NCBI RefSeq assembly: GCF_032062105.1
Contig: NW_026931334.1
Location: forward strand, 186,001 to 250,000
Length of the DNA: 64,000 nucleotides
Direction: 5' to 3'
Origin: Saccostrea cucullata
Taxonomy: Eukaryota
Made by a program: the position numbers and the translations under genes. The notes under the pieces were generated by a model, which saw only the letters and a program-made list of their open reading frames with translations, was not told the DNA's origin and made no database searches. Position 1 is the first letter of the stretch; each line of letters starts with the position of its first letter. Below are positions 26,307 through 40,027 of the stretch, piece by piece.

Positions 26307-27420
26307 ATGAAATATATGGAGATAACGAACAGTTTATTCAAGCTCAAAAGTCCATAAAACAATGCAAAATTGGAGCGGAGCAGATGTTATTTTAACAAAA
26401 TGAGTTTGAAGATGACCAACGACAAGGTATGTAAATTTTCTATCTCCTTTTTTTTTTTAATTGAAGATGTAGTTGTCTTTGTTGTTATAAAGTCTTATCT
26501 TTAATTTTTCGGGAAAATGGTCATGTAAACTGTTGAAAAATTATACGTTTCAATTCTATTGATTTTGGTAAAACTGTGTGATTTCAAGTTTTCTAATAAT
26601 TCCTTTCCTTTTTTACCCACAACTGATAAACTTTACTCTTCAAATATGTTGTTGTACGGTATTCCCCGTATAATGTAAATTTATAAAATTTGTGTAACAC
26701 TTTTACTCGAATTGATGTATATATACAATACTCCTAAAGCTTCTCCACTTTGTTAATATTTCAGTAATGTGTTAAGGAATTTGATGCTTAGAACATTTAT
26801 TAGGAAGCGCTATTTTTATATATTAAGTTTTTTTTTAATGTAAAAGAATCTACTTTAGGTTTGGTAATTCAAATTTCAGTTTTTTGTTGGGAATACCTTA
26901 GATATTAATAAAAAAAAAGACATATACTTTCGAAGAATTTCCTTCTTAGAAAGGAAACATAGTATGCATTGAAATAGCACTTGTTAAATTAAATAATTTA
27001 AAAGTTCCTCTAAAATTCAATAGTTCTTTCCTCTTTTTGTCAGCTGGGACCAGTATATATTGATTTTTGTGCATGTAATCTTTACGAATTCAATTCTTTT
27101 TCATAGTACCTGTTTTACTAAAATCAGGATAGGTGGTTTTCATTTTGCCTCTATTAACTGTTTGACAAAACTTTTTAATATGCACCTTTATATCTTACAC
27201 TTTTAACCCATTCTGACAAATTGTCTAGGTGCTATTTTTCACATATGACCAATGGATAGTCTGGCTTAATCTTCTGCAGAATTTATAATAATTATCTTTC
27301 TTTAACTCAAAGATGTTGAGATGTTGGGATTACATGTATTCTCTAGATGGATTCTTTTCGAAATAAATGACCAAAGGTAATACATGTACCTCATTTTGAA
27401 CAACATTCAGGCTCTGGCTG
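26307..27420 (-). mobile_element. Old, internally deleted Penelope-like copy retaining pre-RT regions
   Basis: 3' tip at 26307-26385 fused to remnants TYNFST, VPADK (~27040) and LDNLSEWVKSVR (~27200). Confidence 0.55.
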
Positions 27421-28707
27421 AGTCATTCTAGATTAAAGATATTTCATGTTTTCTTAATTTTCTATTTCGTACTTTTTCTTATAAATTTCAAAGTGTGTTT
27501 TGTAGTGAACATTTTGGTCCATTGCATGCAGTCTTCATTACGTACCGCAGCATAATCTTGAGACAGGTTATTCAGTGTTTACACGGGAATTAGTAGATCC
27601 TCGGCTTTCTCTTTGATTCTTTATATAATCTTCCTTCTGCAAGTCATCTGTATAAGTTCGGGATGGTTTGTTATCAAAATATTTGATCATAATATGTAGG
27701 TTAAGTTAGACAGCAAATTAGGTGGCACTTTAAAATTATTGTCCTTGGCCAAACCCTATGTATATTGGAACCCCCGTATCTCCAACAAAAATAAAGTGAA
27801 GTATCATATCTTATTTGTTTGAAAACAGACCCAGTCATATAGCCCTTTACACAGGTCTACCTGTGGGTTTATCTTTCATTCATAAATACGTCGCGTAGTA
27901 AATAAATCCATATAAGGAGGTAGCTTATCACGTGATTTTTGTAATTGTATAATGACGTGGGCGGCTATATTTGCACCTGGCTAACCACGTGGGTTTATTG
28001 CATTACCACGCTACACAGATAACTGTACACGTTAGTCCAGAAGCAAACACACATTTTGCACCTACTTGTTTTTATAATAATTATGTTTGAGATATTTTTT
28101 TACGTATAGAGATGTGCAGAAATGAATATGTGTTTTTAAACTCATTCAACTCCTGTTTTCTTCAGTTATCATTGTGCACTTGCATTTGTTTTGAATCATG
28201 TAAAATATCAATATGGTTAAAATGCCAAAAAAATGAAACTTGTCCAACGAAATGAATTTTACAAACGTTTTTAGATGGGTAGGAAACCCTTAGATGAGGG
28301 CAACATTACTGTATAAACCATACTTAATTCCTTGTCGGAATCACTTTGTGCAATTTAATATTCAGGTACTTAAATACATAAAATTAAATAAACTTGATTT
28401 GTTTATATTTTTATTATCCCAACATTGAATAAAAAAATCAATTCATATATTAAAATAAGATAAAATTTTCTTTACATGTAATATATAAAGATCAGAAACC
28501 CGAAAATTGAAATCCTTTCAACCTTTTTAAACTTTATTGAGCTTGAATACTGTTCGTTGTCTCCATCTATTCCATTATAAAAGTTATATTACATATCACT
28601 GCTTTTGATCTTTTCTTATCAATACATACTGGTTCTTAAATCATCCCCTCACCCTCACATACACACTTTATCTCTGCAAAATATTTTTTAATTAATTTCA
28701 ATGAATG

Positions 28708-30200
28708 ATATGGAAGTCCATAAAACAATATAAAATAGGAGCAGAGCAAGCATGGACGTCCAAAACATGAGAGGTGGGATCAGGTGCCTTGGAGGAGAGA
28801 GCATCCCCTGCCGAGCGGTCACGCCCGCCGTGTGCTCCTTGTCTTGATCGGGAAATAACGGGAAAATCCGTCGTCAAATCAGTGTATAAATAGTTTTGAA
28901 AACGCCAGTCAGCATTTGACTCAATGATAAATTGTATTTACTGACAAGGTCATTGTATCGACCATAGAACTTAAGAAATGATGACTTTAAACGAGACTTA
29001 TGATATTCTTGTTTCATCAACTTGTTTGTCAATGATTTACCTCGTTTTAGAAATTGTTCATATATAGAGCAAGCTCTTGCGTATGGAATCAACTGAGATA
29101 TATAAACTCCGTATGCAGGTGATGAAGGTATATTGCTGCATAAGTAAGGGAAGTTGACGATAGAAAAGTTAAATCATCAATGTTATCATAGAGCTTGTCT
29201 TTTTTCAAGTAAAATATCCAAGTATGAAACAGATGTGTCATATTCTGTAGTATTTTCTCAAACTAACAAAGATATATCGAATCGACATAGGAATGGAAAT
29301 TACCATTGTTAATTGACTATACGTCGACGATATATCTAAATGACGAGTTGAAGGCCACAGCAAGTGTTTTCTTCTTTTCAGGCATTAGATTTTGCACAAA
29401 TTCTCCTTCTTATAAATACAAAAATAGGTCTGCTAATAACGGAGCGCAATTGGTATTTATGGGAATTTCAATAGATTGTTGGAAGACCTGGTATCCAAAA
29501 ACCACATAGATATTTTCAATCAGAAACTCGACAAGCATCTTTTTGATGTCAACTTCGGAGAACTTGTGTGTGCAATGATTATGTGTTTTAACAAAACAAT
29601 TTTGCAAATGACCAATGACCAGGTAAATAAATTTACGAGTTCCATTTTTATTAAAAATGCAGATGTCAATGATATTTAAAAAAAAACCTGGACTTTAATT
29701 TATTGTTGGGAACGGTTGTGTACAAAGTTGAAAAGTCGAAAGTTTTTTAGCTTTTGATTTTGGTTAAATCTTTTGATTTTAAATTGTCCAAAAGTTCTTT
29801 GGAATTTTTGAGTATCCACATTTGATTCACACCACTTTCTGAATATATATTGTTCCACAGTACTCTTGAAGTGTTCCTTCACTACTGTCAATATTTTAGT
29901 GAGGAGTAAAAAAAGAGGCTTGGTTGAACATTTACTGGAATCCGCAATGTATCTTTGTTTGCAAGGATTCTTATGAAGATTCGGAATCCAACATATCTAT
30001 GGTAGTTCAAATTCATTTTGGTTCTTCGGGACATTAAAAATATTCAAAACTGACATATGATTTTGAAGAATTTCTTCCTTAGTTAGGGAACTATGAGCAT
30101 AAGTTGGATTACCACTTGTAGAATTAAATCCAAGATCTTCTAAAATACAATTTATATAATGAACGTTACAAACGAAGACATTGTTGTTACCTATTGTATA
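28708..30200 (-). mobile_element. Penelope-like retroelement (C-terminal RT, Naiad-type), 5'-truncated and frameshifted; longest well-preserved copy
   Basis: Minus-strand fragments: GVNQMWILKNSKELL, VFQQSIEIPINTNCAPLLADLFLY, FRYIVDV (YIDD position), NFPYLCSNIPSSPAYGVYISQLIPYARACS...KFYGRYNDLVSKY. Then the shared 3' module, with no endonuclease after the RT. Confidence 0.85.
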
Positions 30201-31417
30201 ATTTTATCCTTCGATGTCTCTATATTAAGAAAAAAAGTGTTCAGTAAGCGAAAACTATATTCTTTTTTCTATAACTGTTTATCAGCCCAATAAGGACAAA
30301 ACTTTCCTGCTTATTCGGTTAAATTCTTGTTGCAATGAATGACTGCTTGAATTTCTCATTAGATGATATAATACCAGGTTCTTTAAACTGTTATCTCAAA
30401 TGTCGGTAAATGTCTTGACTTAATTTTCATACCGTGTCAACACCAGTCTTCTATGGCCTGTATCTGACAGCAATAAAGCTAATACTATTAATTATCGCAA
30501 GCCAACACCCGGATTTATTTCAAATAAAAACGCAATATACTTTATATATCTCTATTGAATTTAAACTCTAGATAATTATTTAGTTGTTTGTTGAAAACGC
30601 ACTTTAATATTTAAAACCATACAATCTTCGGCGCATATATAGCTATGTTTAGATTATTGAAATATATTGAATCAAAAGGTGTTCTGGAACGTAATTTCAA
30701 ATGATGGACATTTTTTATTTCAAATGTAGATTTGTATACATGTACTTAAACATTTATATAAATTATGAAAATGTTTGCACAAAGTCGGTGAGATCGTACA
30801 TACTAATTTTTTTACGGGGTTAATGCATTTAAGATATTTTCTAGATAAATAACACTACCAAGAGTACTTATGTTTACAACCTGAACTTTTCACATGGTTT
30901 AATTAATGTATTAATTAGTAATCCGTTTTAATATGAAAATGAATATGGCTCCTTTCATGCAAAGAGCATGCTGCAAGGGGGTGATGTTGATGAAATAGGT
31001 GTCAACTTGACATCGAGTACATTTTTTGTCTCATTTCTTCAACTTAAGTTTACTTGAACCTGCTTCTTTGATATATGTTGCTTTAACTATAAATATAATT
31101 GGTTGACTCAGTAATCATACACAAAAGATAGTTGAAAGAATGCAAATTGGAATTATAATAAATGCGTACGCTTAAATACATAAGAGATGGAATCGGGTGT
31201 CATGAAGGAGGAGGCATCCCCTATTGACTGATTACACCCGCCATGTGCATTTTTATTATCATTGGGCAAACAAAATATCGTAAATATATGTCATAACAAT
31301 TTTTATGAAAACGTCAGTCATGAAGCCCCGACAGTTGTGCCATTTCCTTGGTTTATTTTCAAAAATTCTTCGTCGACAAGAATAAACTGTGTTTCATCAT
31401 AAACAAAGAACTTTATT

Positions 31418-31965
31418 CGGTAATAACCAATATTTGCCTCCCAAATCAAACTTTGATGGAAGTATATTTAATTAAGTTCTTAAACAGGGGAGTATATGCT
31501 GACTTCAAAGCGCTGAATATTTTCAAAAGTAATGACGTCAATTGTACGTAATGACGTCAAAAACATGACGTAAATGTCTGTTTTTTATGAATTCTACAGA
31601 AAAATGTACATATTTCGTCGATATTTTGAGTAAAAGTCACCGAGCGCATGTGTGTTCAGGATCAATATTTTGATATAATGTGTAGAATGATAATATCAAT
31701 GAAATATTGTTCCTGAACAAACTTGCGCTCTATTAATTTTAAAGCTAAAATTGTTGAAATTTTGTCCATTTTGTCCTCTTTCTGAAAAAGGATATAAAAT
31801 CGGACTAGTTTGTGACGTCATAAAAACAAAAATTGTGAATAAACTGCTTTGAAACTATAATATGTTCTGATAATTTATATTTCTCATACAATTTATTGAA
31901 TTCAGCACATTTCAGGAAGTTTTCAAAATTTGACTTTTGAGGGGGCAAGTATATGCAATATACCG
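31418..31965. mobile_element. Non-autonomous DNA transposon with CGG...CCG ends, TGACGTCA repeats and an internal hairpin
   Basis: Imperfect TIRs CGGTAATAACCAATATTTGCCTCCC / GGGGGCAAGTATATGCAATATACCG; internal IR GAGCGCA...TGCGCTC. Confidence 0.6.
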
Positions 31966-32261
31966 CATATAGTTCTTTAGAATATCTCTACATTGACTTT
32001 TTAAACAACCAAACCGATGAGGTTAGTAGTGCCAATTTCTTCCATGTACGAAATGTAATTGAAATTGTGAAGTCGCGAAAACAATTAGGAAGATAGTTTA
32101 TACGTGGTTTATTATGATTGTTTTGTTACTTTTTGTTGGTCATTTGAATTTTCATGTTGTTTTGTATAATCATTTGAGGGAATAAACATTTACCATATAC
32201 AAAAAGATGAAGAAGTGAAGATGCAAATACAATATGAAATAAAGTTCAATCTTTATGTTAA

Positions 32262-32435
32262 ACCAAGGTAAGCTTTTCTGATTTTACAAGTTGTCCGTCT
32301 CTCTGTAAACTTTTCATTGTTCTGACTTCTTCATAAGAACCGCTGGGTCATTTTCAACCAAACTTGCCACAAAGTATCTTGGGTTCATGTTAAGATTAAT
32401 TTGAAGGGCTTGGTCCTCTTTCAAGGGGAGATAGA
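32262..32435 (+). mobile_element. Helentron/HINE fragment with a Cg170-like satellite unit
   Basis: AGCTTTTCTGAT...TTGTCCGTC..CTGTAAACTTTTCA...AAGAACCGCTGGG..ATTTTCAACCAAACTTG..ACAAAG...TGAAGGGC...CAAGGGGAGATA resembles the oyster HINE/Cg170 consensus as I recall it. Confidence 0.6.
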
Positions 32436-34399
32436 TAGTTCAATTTATCTCACAATAAACTTTTTATGAAGATCTGAGCTTTGAGACGATTCCTTTGCAA
32501 AGACAATTCCCAGCGGGGCCTCAATCGACGATCAAAGATTTATGTATATAAGTAAAGACTTTTAAAAAAAATTCAAGAACACACAGCAAAGTCATGATGA
32601 ATATTATTTATTTTAAATCATTCTTTGGTTGAGAACAGGTGTGTCATAGTAACTCGAGTGAGTATTATGGTCCTAATTGCTCTTCTCAGAACACCTGTAA
32701 TTTTACTTTAATCCAACCCTAATAACATTGCTGCAGAACAAATTCAATATTTATGAATCCTTAAATACGTTAGTTAGATAAAATTAAAAATAACAAATAT
32801 TTCTGATATCACTTTAATTGTAGCCTATTTAAAATAATTGTATAAAGTCAAATTAGAATTAAGAGAAAGGTTAACAGTTGCACCAAATCAAGGTTTATTT
32901 TTATCAGTGGAAACCACAAATATTCTTCAAACATCCAACAATTCATATAGTTCCTGTATTTGTATCGACGCAATTTTCCACTATGTGACCAAAAAAGATA
33001 ATTCTTACACTTTTATCAAACAATCAAACCTCTATACTTAAAGCTTTTTATTGATAAACATGAATAATAATTAACATGTATTAGCGCTTCTCTGCGAAAT
33101 GGAACATCAATTACTGAGAAGTCTTGTGACTGGTACTCGCCAATTGCTCTAGTGCAATTCCATTGTCAAAGTAATTTGAAGGCGTGAAAAGCTAATAATT
33201 AGAAGAAATTCAATAAATCTGATTTTGAGCATGATTCTTAATAAATCTAATGAGTAGATATTTTGAAGATATTAAAATAGCATAAAACATTCTAAATGCA
33301 TTTTGCCGATATTTTTTTACTGTCTGCAGTTAAATGTCAAGTTGAATTTCAAATATTTATTTTTGCTCAGACGGAGTACAATATCAGCAGTGTATCAAAT
33401 TTTAAAACTGTCCAATATTATATCAGATTTACCAAAAACAGGGGTACGCTGCACCAAATAGATCAATAAAGCAAAGATAAATGAGAAAATATCTGGTCCA
33501 CTTTAATCGTACTTTTTTATTAATTCAAGTGTAAATAATTCATTGTTTAAGTGTCTAAGATGACGTAAATTAGCATGAAAAAGGGTATGATTAAACTTAA
33601 CATATGCTCAGGTATTAAAAGTGCTGTGTAATATTTACCCTTGAAATATATAAATATCTGAAAACAGGAAACGCATTGAAAAGTTTATTGAGAGAAAATT
33701 TGAACCCTTGACTACCGTATTGTGTCATCTGTAAATAATTAGAAAATGAAACCCTTAAAATAGTTCTTCTTTAAATGTTATTCTATTCAAAACTCTATTT
33801 TTAAAGGGTATTACAGTAAACCGCAAAAAATAGGGGACAAACTGTATACTTAATGTGAATCATCTATCAATTTTTTACAAATTTATTTCTGTTCTTTAAA
33901 ATTCTCATTATAGATAAACATAAACGTGTCACGTGACACGTTTTGATATTCATCTGACACCCTTTGACAGAGACCCTTTTATCTCAGAAAAAGTACGGGT
34001 GAATTCGGCTAGTACCCTCTTTATGAAACCTTTTGTTTACTTGCGTGAGCGATTGATGGCTTATCAATAGTCCCTGGGTACGCCTTTACAAAGTATGTAC
34101 AAGTATGAACAGGCGTTTAATCAGAGGTTTTACTGAAATATCAGAAAAAAGTGAGTTTGTTCTATTTTGAGAAGCTTTCATAACTGTTGTCCGAGGAAAT
34201 TCGATATTTGGAGTGAAAATTAATTTTTTTCACAACATATATCACTCTTTTTTTACTCTTTTATACTTAGTAGACTGCCAATATGAAAAAATAATGAATG
34301 CAACACATGGACAAAACTTAAAACAGCCACTTTTCACTGTATGTTGAAAATCAGAATGAAACATATGAAAAAAAAATTCAAAAGTCCATTCAAACAATA

Positions 34400-34965
34400 C
34401 AAACTTGGACGAAAAAAATTGGTCCTTTTCAAAAATCAAAGGTACGTTGGACAGCTGCCATAGAGGAGTAAGCATCCCCTGCTGTTACATACGCCGTGTG
34501 CTCCCTGTAACAATGACAATTTAGAATATAAATAATGGCAAAGCAAATAAGTGTGAAAATCTTCAGTCAGCATTTGACTTAAAAATATATTGTGTTTGCT
34601 GCCAAGATCATTGTATTGACCATAGAACTTACAAAATGATCGCTTTGAACAAAAAATGTTGATACTCTTGTTTCATCGACTTGTTTGTCATCGTTTTAGA
34701 ATCTGTTCATACATAGAGATTTCAATTATCTATGCAGGTGCTAAGGGTATACTGCTGCATATAAGTAAATGAGTTAAACGATTGAAAAGCAAGAGTCGTA
34801 ACTTTTATCATAAAGCATTGTTGTTAGATTACCATTAACGTTTTTTTTCTAGTTAAAGATCCAAGTATGAAACAGATGTGTCGGACTCTGTGGTATCTAT
34901 TATTTCAAGCTCACTTTCATAAGTATATCGTGTCGCCATATGAAAGGGAATGTCTATTGTTAAGT
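34400..34965 (-). mobile_element. Decayed Penelope-like 3' fragment
   Basis: ELEIIDTTESDTSVSYLDL plus the 3' module. Confidence 0.75.
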
Positions 34966-35232
34966 GATAACGTGTAAACTTTAACAAAATAAACTCAAAA
35001 ACTTTATTTTCGTGGCAATTCAAATAAACATAAAACAAATGGATTTACATCAATTTTGACCTTAACTAGGCAAGTATATTTTGTAGGAATACATTCAATT
35101 CATTCGCTAACTATAAATCAAAATGGAAAAAAATATTTTGTTAGTACTAGGAATTGAACACAGCTATGTATAGTTTTAAGGTTAATAAATAGAAAACTTG
35201 CAAAATGAAACATAATTATGGAGATGACGAAC

Positions 35233-38200
35233 AGTATTCAAGATCAAAAATCTATTAAACAATGCAAATTAAGAGCACGTATTTCACTTACAGTGTATCT
35301 AAAATCTTTAATTTCTGAAATAAATCTTCTTTAGGAAAGACACATTTCAACAAAATCTCGTCTGAAACAAATTCTTCATAGAATGACAATTTTCACCTAT
35401 CTAAAATGTTTTCTTAATGTATATTTGATATACCATGTCAAGAAATACAATTTATCACTGAGTACAATGCAAAATGTCGCTTTTCATATTAATATTTAGA
35501 TCATTATTTACGCAAGCATTTGTCTACAAAGTTTTTCCCGTTTTCCAAATTATGACAGGGGATGCCTACATCTCTGTGTTCAAGACAAGGAGCGCACAAC
35601 GAGTGTAACCAGTTTACAGGGGATGCTTACTCCTCTGTGGAACCTGATCCCACCTCAGATGTTTTTAGAGTTCCGCGTCAGCTCCGCTCCAGATTTGTTT
35701 TGTTTCGGTGGACTTTGATCTTGATTTATATATGTTCTTGTCTTTATATTTCATTTGTCTAAAATCTTTCTTAAATGAGTCTATTTGAAATGCACTTTTT
35801 ATCTTTTTGTATTTGAAATCTTTGCTCTATTGGGATGCCGATGCATATATAATGTATTAACTGTTCGTTGTCTGATTGCATGAAGTTAAGATAAGATGGA
35901 ATTTGTATTCTCTGAAAAAGTAATTATAATGTTCCAACCAGAAATAAATCTATCTGCAGAGTCCTTACTACGTCTCTCAATTTCTGCCAAATCATTGGTC
36001 ATCATAATCATGATCTAGGTTACTGTTCAGCTTTAAATCCTCAAACAAATAGGTGTGGTTAACCATCTGTCTCCTCCACTGAACAGACGCAGGTTTTTAC
36101 ATGTATTAAAAATTTAAAGCCAATCATTGTAGCATTTTTTTCACTGAATTTTATAATATAAAGACTCAATTTAGAATATATCTTTTTTTCTGGTATTAGC
36201 AATTGTTAATGTTAAATGTTACTTTCACTTTACCCATTCCCTATTTTCGATGCTTCTCTAATTCTCTTATATCTCTGGTCTTGGTATTCTTTGTGGATAC
36301 AGATGTATCCGAAGTAGATTTTGTTTTTAAATTATAATATAAAATTATAGGTACGAAATATAAGTACATATTCTTTAAAAAAAATAATGATTTTGCATTT
36401 TTTTAAAATACACGTTTTACAATTTGCATAAACGGCGTCATTTTTGCATTAAGCCCTTTTCACTTCAAATTAAATCAATTAGAGCATTTGAAGTAAACCT
36501 TGAAATATTGGACATCACAAAGGATTAACGTTTTTGTTTTAAAAGAACCCTTTAATGCTACAGTATGTAATAATTTTAAAGAAAGGTAAAAACAATCAAT
36601 TTTCCCATTGGCATGCATAATACAACCCCCTCTAAACACCGAAAACTTAAGAAAATTCGACTTTAAAGTGAAAAATTTTCATTTTCTGTAACACACGGGT
36701 AATTGTGATTTTTGTTTTTATTTTCAAAATTGCTGGTAGCGTTAAACGTATTGCGTAATATACTGTTAAAGGGTAAGATAAAATGTAAGCCCCTGTCAGT
36801 ATAGATTTTATCTATGTATAAATTTTCATTTGCAGTGATATGCATTGTCTTGTTTTGTACTTTTAGTTTGACATAATAGGTGCACATTTAGATGTATTAC
36901 AGAATTAGAATTGACATGACACTTTAAATTTTTTTACATTTTTACATATTTATATAATTGATAGTTTCGAGGTAGATGTATATCAAAGATGTCTTTCAAA
37001 TAGATAAAATCCATTCATGATTATAGAGCTAATATATTAGAGTTTACCATGATATATTCTACGCAAAGAAATTCAACTTTTCATGATAGATCTTTTAACA
37101 TGAATAATGTACTGATCTTATTTTCAATTATGGAAAAATATTTAAATTAATTATAATGTCGATTTCTAGAAATCGATCATATAAATATTTTGTGAGTGAA
37201 TAGAATTTTTAAAAAATAAAATTGCAATTTTGCAAAGAATAGGTATAAAAATGTTTGAACCAAAGATGGTCTTTTAACTTTTATTTTGTGTCCAGCTGTA
37301 ATCTATCATGTCATTAAACATAATTTTGATGAATTATCAAATATTTTCTTAATCTTAATTTATATCGAAACATGAGTATATTGAATGCCTTCTTAAACAT
37401 GTGTAATCTAAGGAGAAATTAAGTGGAGACTACAATGAGAACACTAATTTTATCATCATTTCATGAAGAGGTCACTACTTATTCCTATTGTACTACAGAC
37501 TTTAAACATTAAATACAAAAGACGTCTTATGCTTCAAAAATAGTTATGAAATTAAATGCATCGATTGTGTCTTAATTTATAAATAAATTAAGTGAAAAAA
37601 TCTTTTCCATTGATCTCTGACTAAATTAAATGGTCTTGATGTGTTTCTTAGATGATTATAAGATAATGCAATTAGATAAAGTTGTTCTTCTTTGTTTGTT
37701 TCTTATGTAAAAGAAATAAACACCTGATGCATTTCAAATTAGACATTTAAAGAGTCCATGTGTTTTGTTAATGCTTACTTTAATCTACGTCTTCTATTGA
37801 TATATTAATATCTGACAACAACTGGTCCAACGTCACGGACTTAGTCCTGGATTTTACTCTGTGGCTATTTATTGAACTTTTCTTTGTTGTCTATTTTTAT
37901 GCTACAAATTAACTCGTGATAAATGTGAATTTGAAATCATTTGAAATATTCTATTCTTTGGCATGTTATCTCTCGTTAATTTGTCCCATGAAATATGATA
38001 CCCCGAGACTAAAATCAAGTGCATCTATGACAACAAAGCTAAGCAGAGATTTCTTAGTCCGCCACTGTCATAGAGTACTGCAAGCTATCTGACGTCACAA
38101 AAATAACCACAAGATTCAAGTGAGCGCTTTCAAAGATTTGAAATTTTCTTTATGGCGAAGAAAATGTATTTTAAATTGTGTGAATCACACTTGTCATTCA

Positions 38201-38964
38201 TCGATAAAGGAGAAAGTTTAAAATTGTGAGAAATCCATCGAATCTATGATATGCCTTGCTTTGCACCAGCTGTCAGGAATTGATCAGCATTAATAGATGT
38301 ATCATAGATTAAAGGAAACTAAATTTCAGACATTTACAGCTAAAAAATCTGAAATTTCAGAATATTTTGAATTTTTTAAAAAATTTTTCCAGTAAAAATA
38401 TGAACAGTTCTCCTTTTTTGGTTATGAGATGAGATAGGTTAACATAATTAACAGTAATATTAATCAATCAAAAAATCTACAAACATACAAATCTGTGAAC
38501 ATAGCACAAAATGTGGATTTCATAACACTCTAGAAATGGAATCAGGTGCCCAGGAATAATAAGCATCCCCTATTGACCTGCCACACACTTCTGGAGCCAT
38601 GTGTATTGATAATAAATGGTAAAATGCATTGAAAATACATCATAATAAATGTCAAACTAACTAAATGCAATTTTAAGATGCCATGTCTCTGATGTTAAAT
38701 ATTAGAGATGTTTAAAAACAGATGAACCATTTACTATCAGTATCTAAATATGATATGATCTGCCTACTATAGCTAACATCATACATGTAACCACACGAGC
38801 GACAGTCCAGTCAGTGGCGTGTCTGAGTGCGCCGTCCAGTCTTCGTTGTGGTAGACGTGTGGCTACCTCGAGTAGCCTCCTCGTTCACCGCGTACAGTTA
38901 ACCGTAATGTTATCCTTCCCTCAAAGACTAGCTAGAGTTTCAATGAATCAAACACATACCACCA
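35233..38964 (+). repeat. Segmental direct repeat, copy A (~3.7 kb)
   Basis: Colinear with 50385-54039 throughout, with scattered substitutions and indels; paired spurious ORFs 36663-36887 / 51723-51926. Confidence 0.93.
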
Positions 38965-39972
38965 CCTGATTCCTTGGAAATATTTTACCGCAATTTTCAC
39001 ATGTAAGATTGTAATTTTCAGTATCCACAATAGACTTTCTAAATCCAGATCCGTCGAGGAGAATTCGACACTTAGAAGCTTTGTTATTTTTTAAAGAAAT
39101 AAATCATGTAAAACTACGTCAGTCTTTCGTTATTTATGACGCCATCTTAGATTCATTTTAGACGCGCAGTCTATGTATGGTTTTTGATCAAATAAAAAAA
39201 ATCTAGAGTGGATCATGATCTATAAAGTAAATACGAATGATTTTCAAAGCAGTACGAATCTTTTCATGTAAAATTTTCTTTCATAAAACATTTGGTTACT
39301 TTAAAAATCAGGGGATGTGTATGTCATACGTTGTTGACACCCAGTGTCACTACAGTTTTCGATTTTGGTAAAAAAAAAACCATCAAGACTCGTACATGAT
39401 GTAAAAAGTAAATACGAATTGTTTTTAATCTCATGACATTCTATTTTTCTTAAAATATCAGTCAGATAAAGGTTAGATTCCAAGAATCCTTATGGATCTC
39501 ATAGTATGATTATATGAAAATCCGTGACCTCTGACCCCCATTGTTTCTATAGGTAAACCTATTTTAGCTTGATTTTTATCCTGATCATAATTCTTTTGAA
39601 ATAAAAACTATATCGGCACTCTTCCCTAGGTCCCTTCTCCCTAACCAACATGAGTTTTCCTGATCTCACCCTCTAAAAAGACTTAAAAGGCTTATTTTAT
39701 ACACTCGGGTCACTGGATTTCGCCTCGTCGCTTCGAGGTTTTTTACTCTTTTTTCCCCGACGGATGCATGTCATGTATCAATTCTAGTATGAAAAGAAGC
39801 AGGAAAATTTCCTTGTTTAGACCTGTATCATGATGGAATCCTACTATGAATACATACTCAATAATCCATGAAAATATATAAGTCCCAAAGCACAAATCAC
39901 ACACAATTTCAGTTCGCCATGATAGTTCGGCTCTCGCCATCTAGGTGCTCTCTTTAACGTCCATGCTCTGTG

Positions 39973-40009
39973 CATAAATACAGACGCTCTCCAGCAGTCG
40001 GCGTCATTC
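39973..40009 (+). promoter_or_regulatory. TATA-like box plus initiator for the RING-like ORF
   Basis: CATAAATA 39973-39980 and TCATTC 40004-40009, about 31 nt apart. Confidence 0.5.
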
Positions 40010-40027
40010 GTTAGTACCAGATTTTCT

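Noticed and set aside
28708-30200. Selenocysteine recoding, which is reported for some bivalve Naiad PLEs
   Set aside because: The readable Cys positions (KCSTK, NCAPLL, LCSNIP, ARACS) use TGT/TGC. The stops look like decay and no SECIS was recognised.
38792-38969. ~60-codon open frame shared with 53867-54047
   Set aside because: No start codon or splice signals and mixed substitution types; better explained as LTR sequence.
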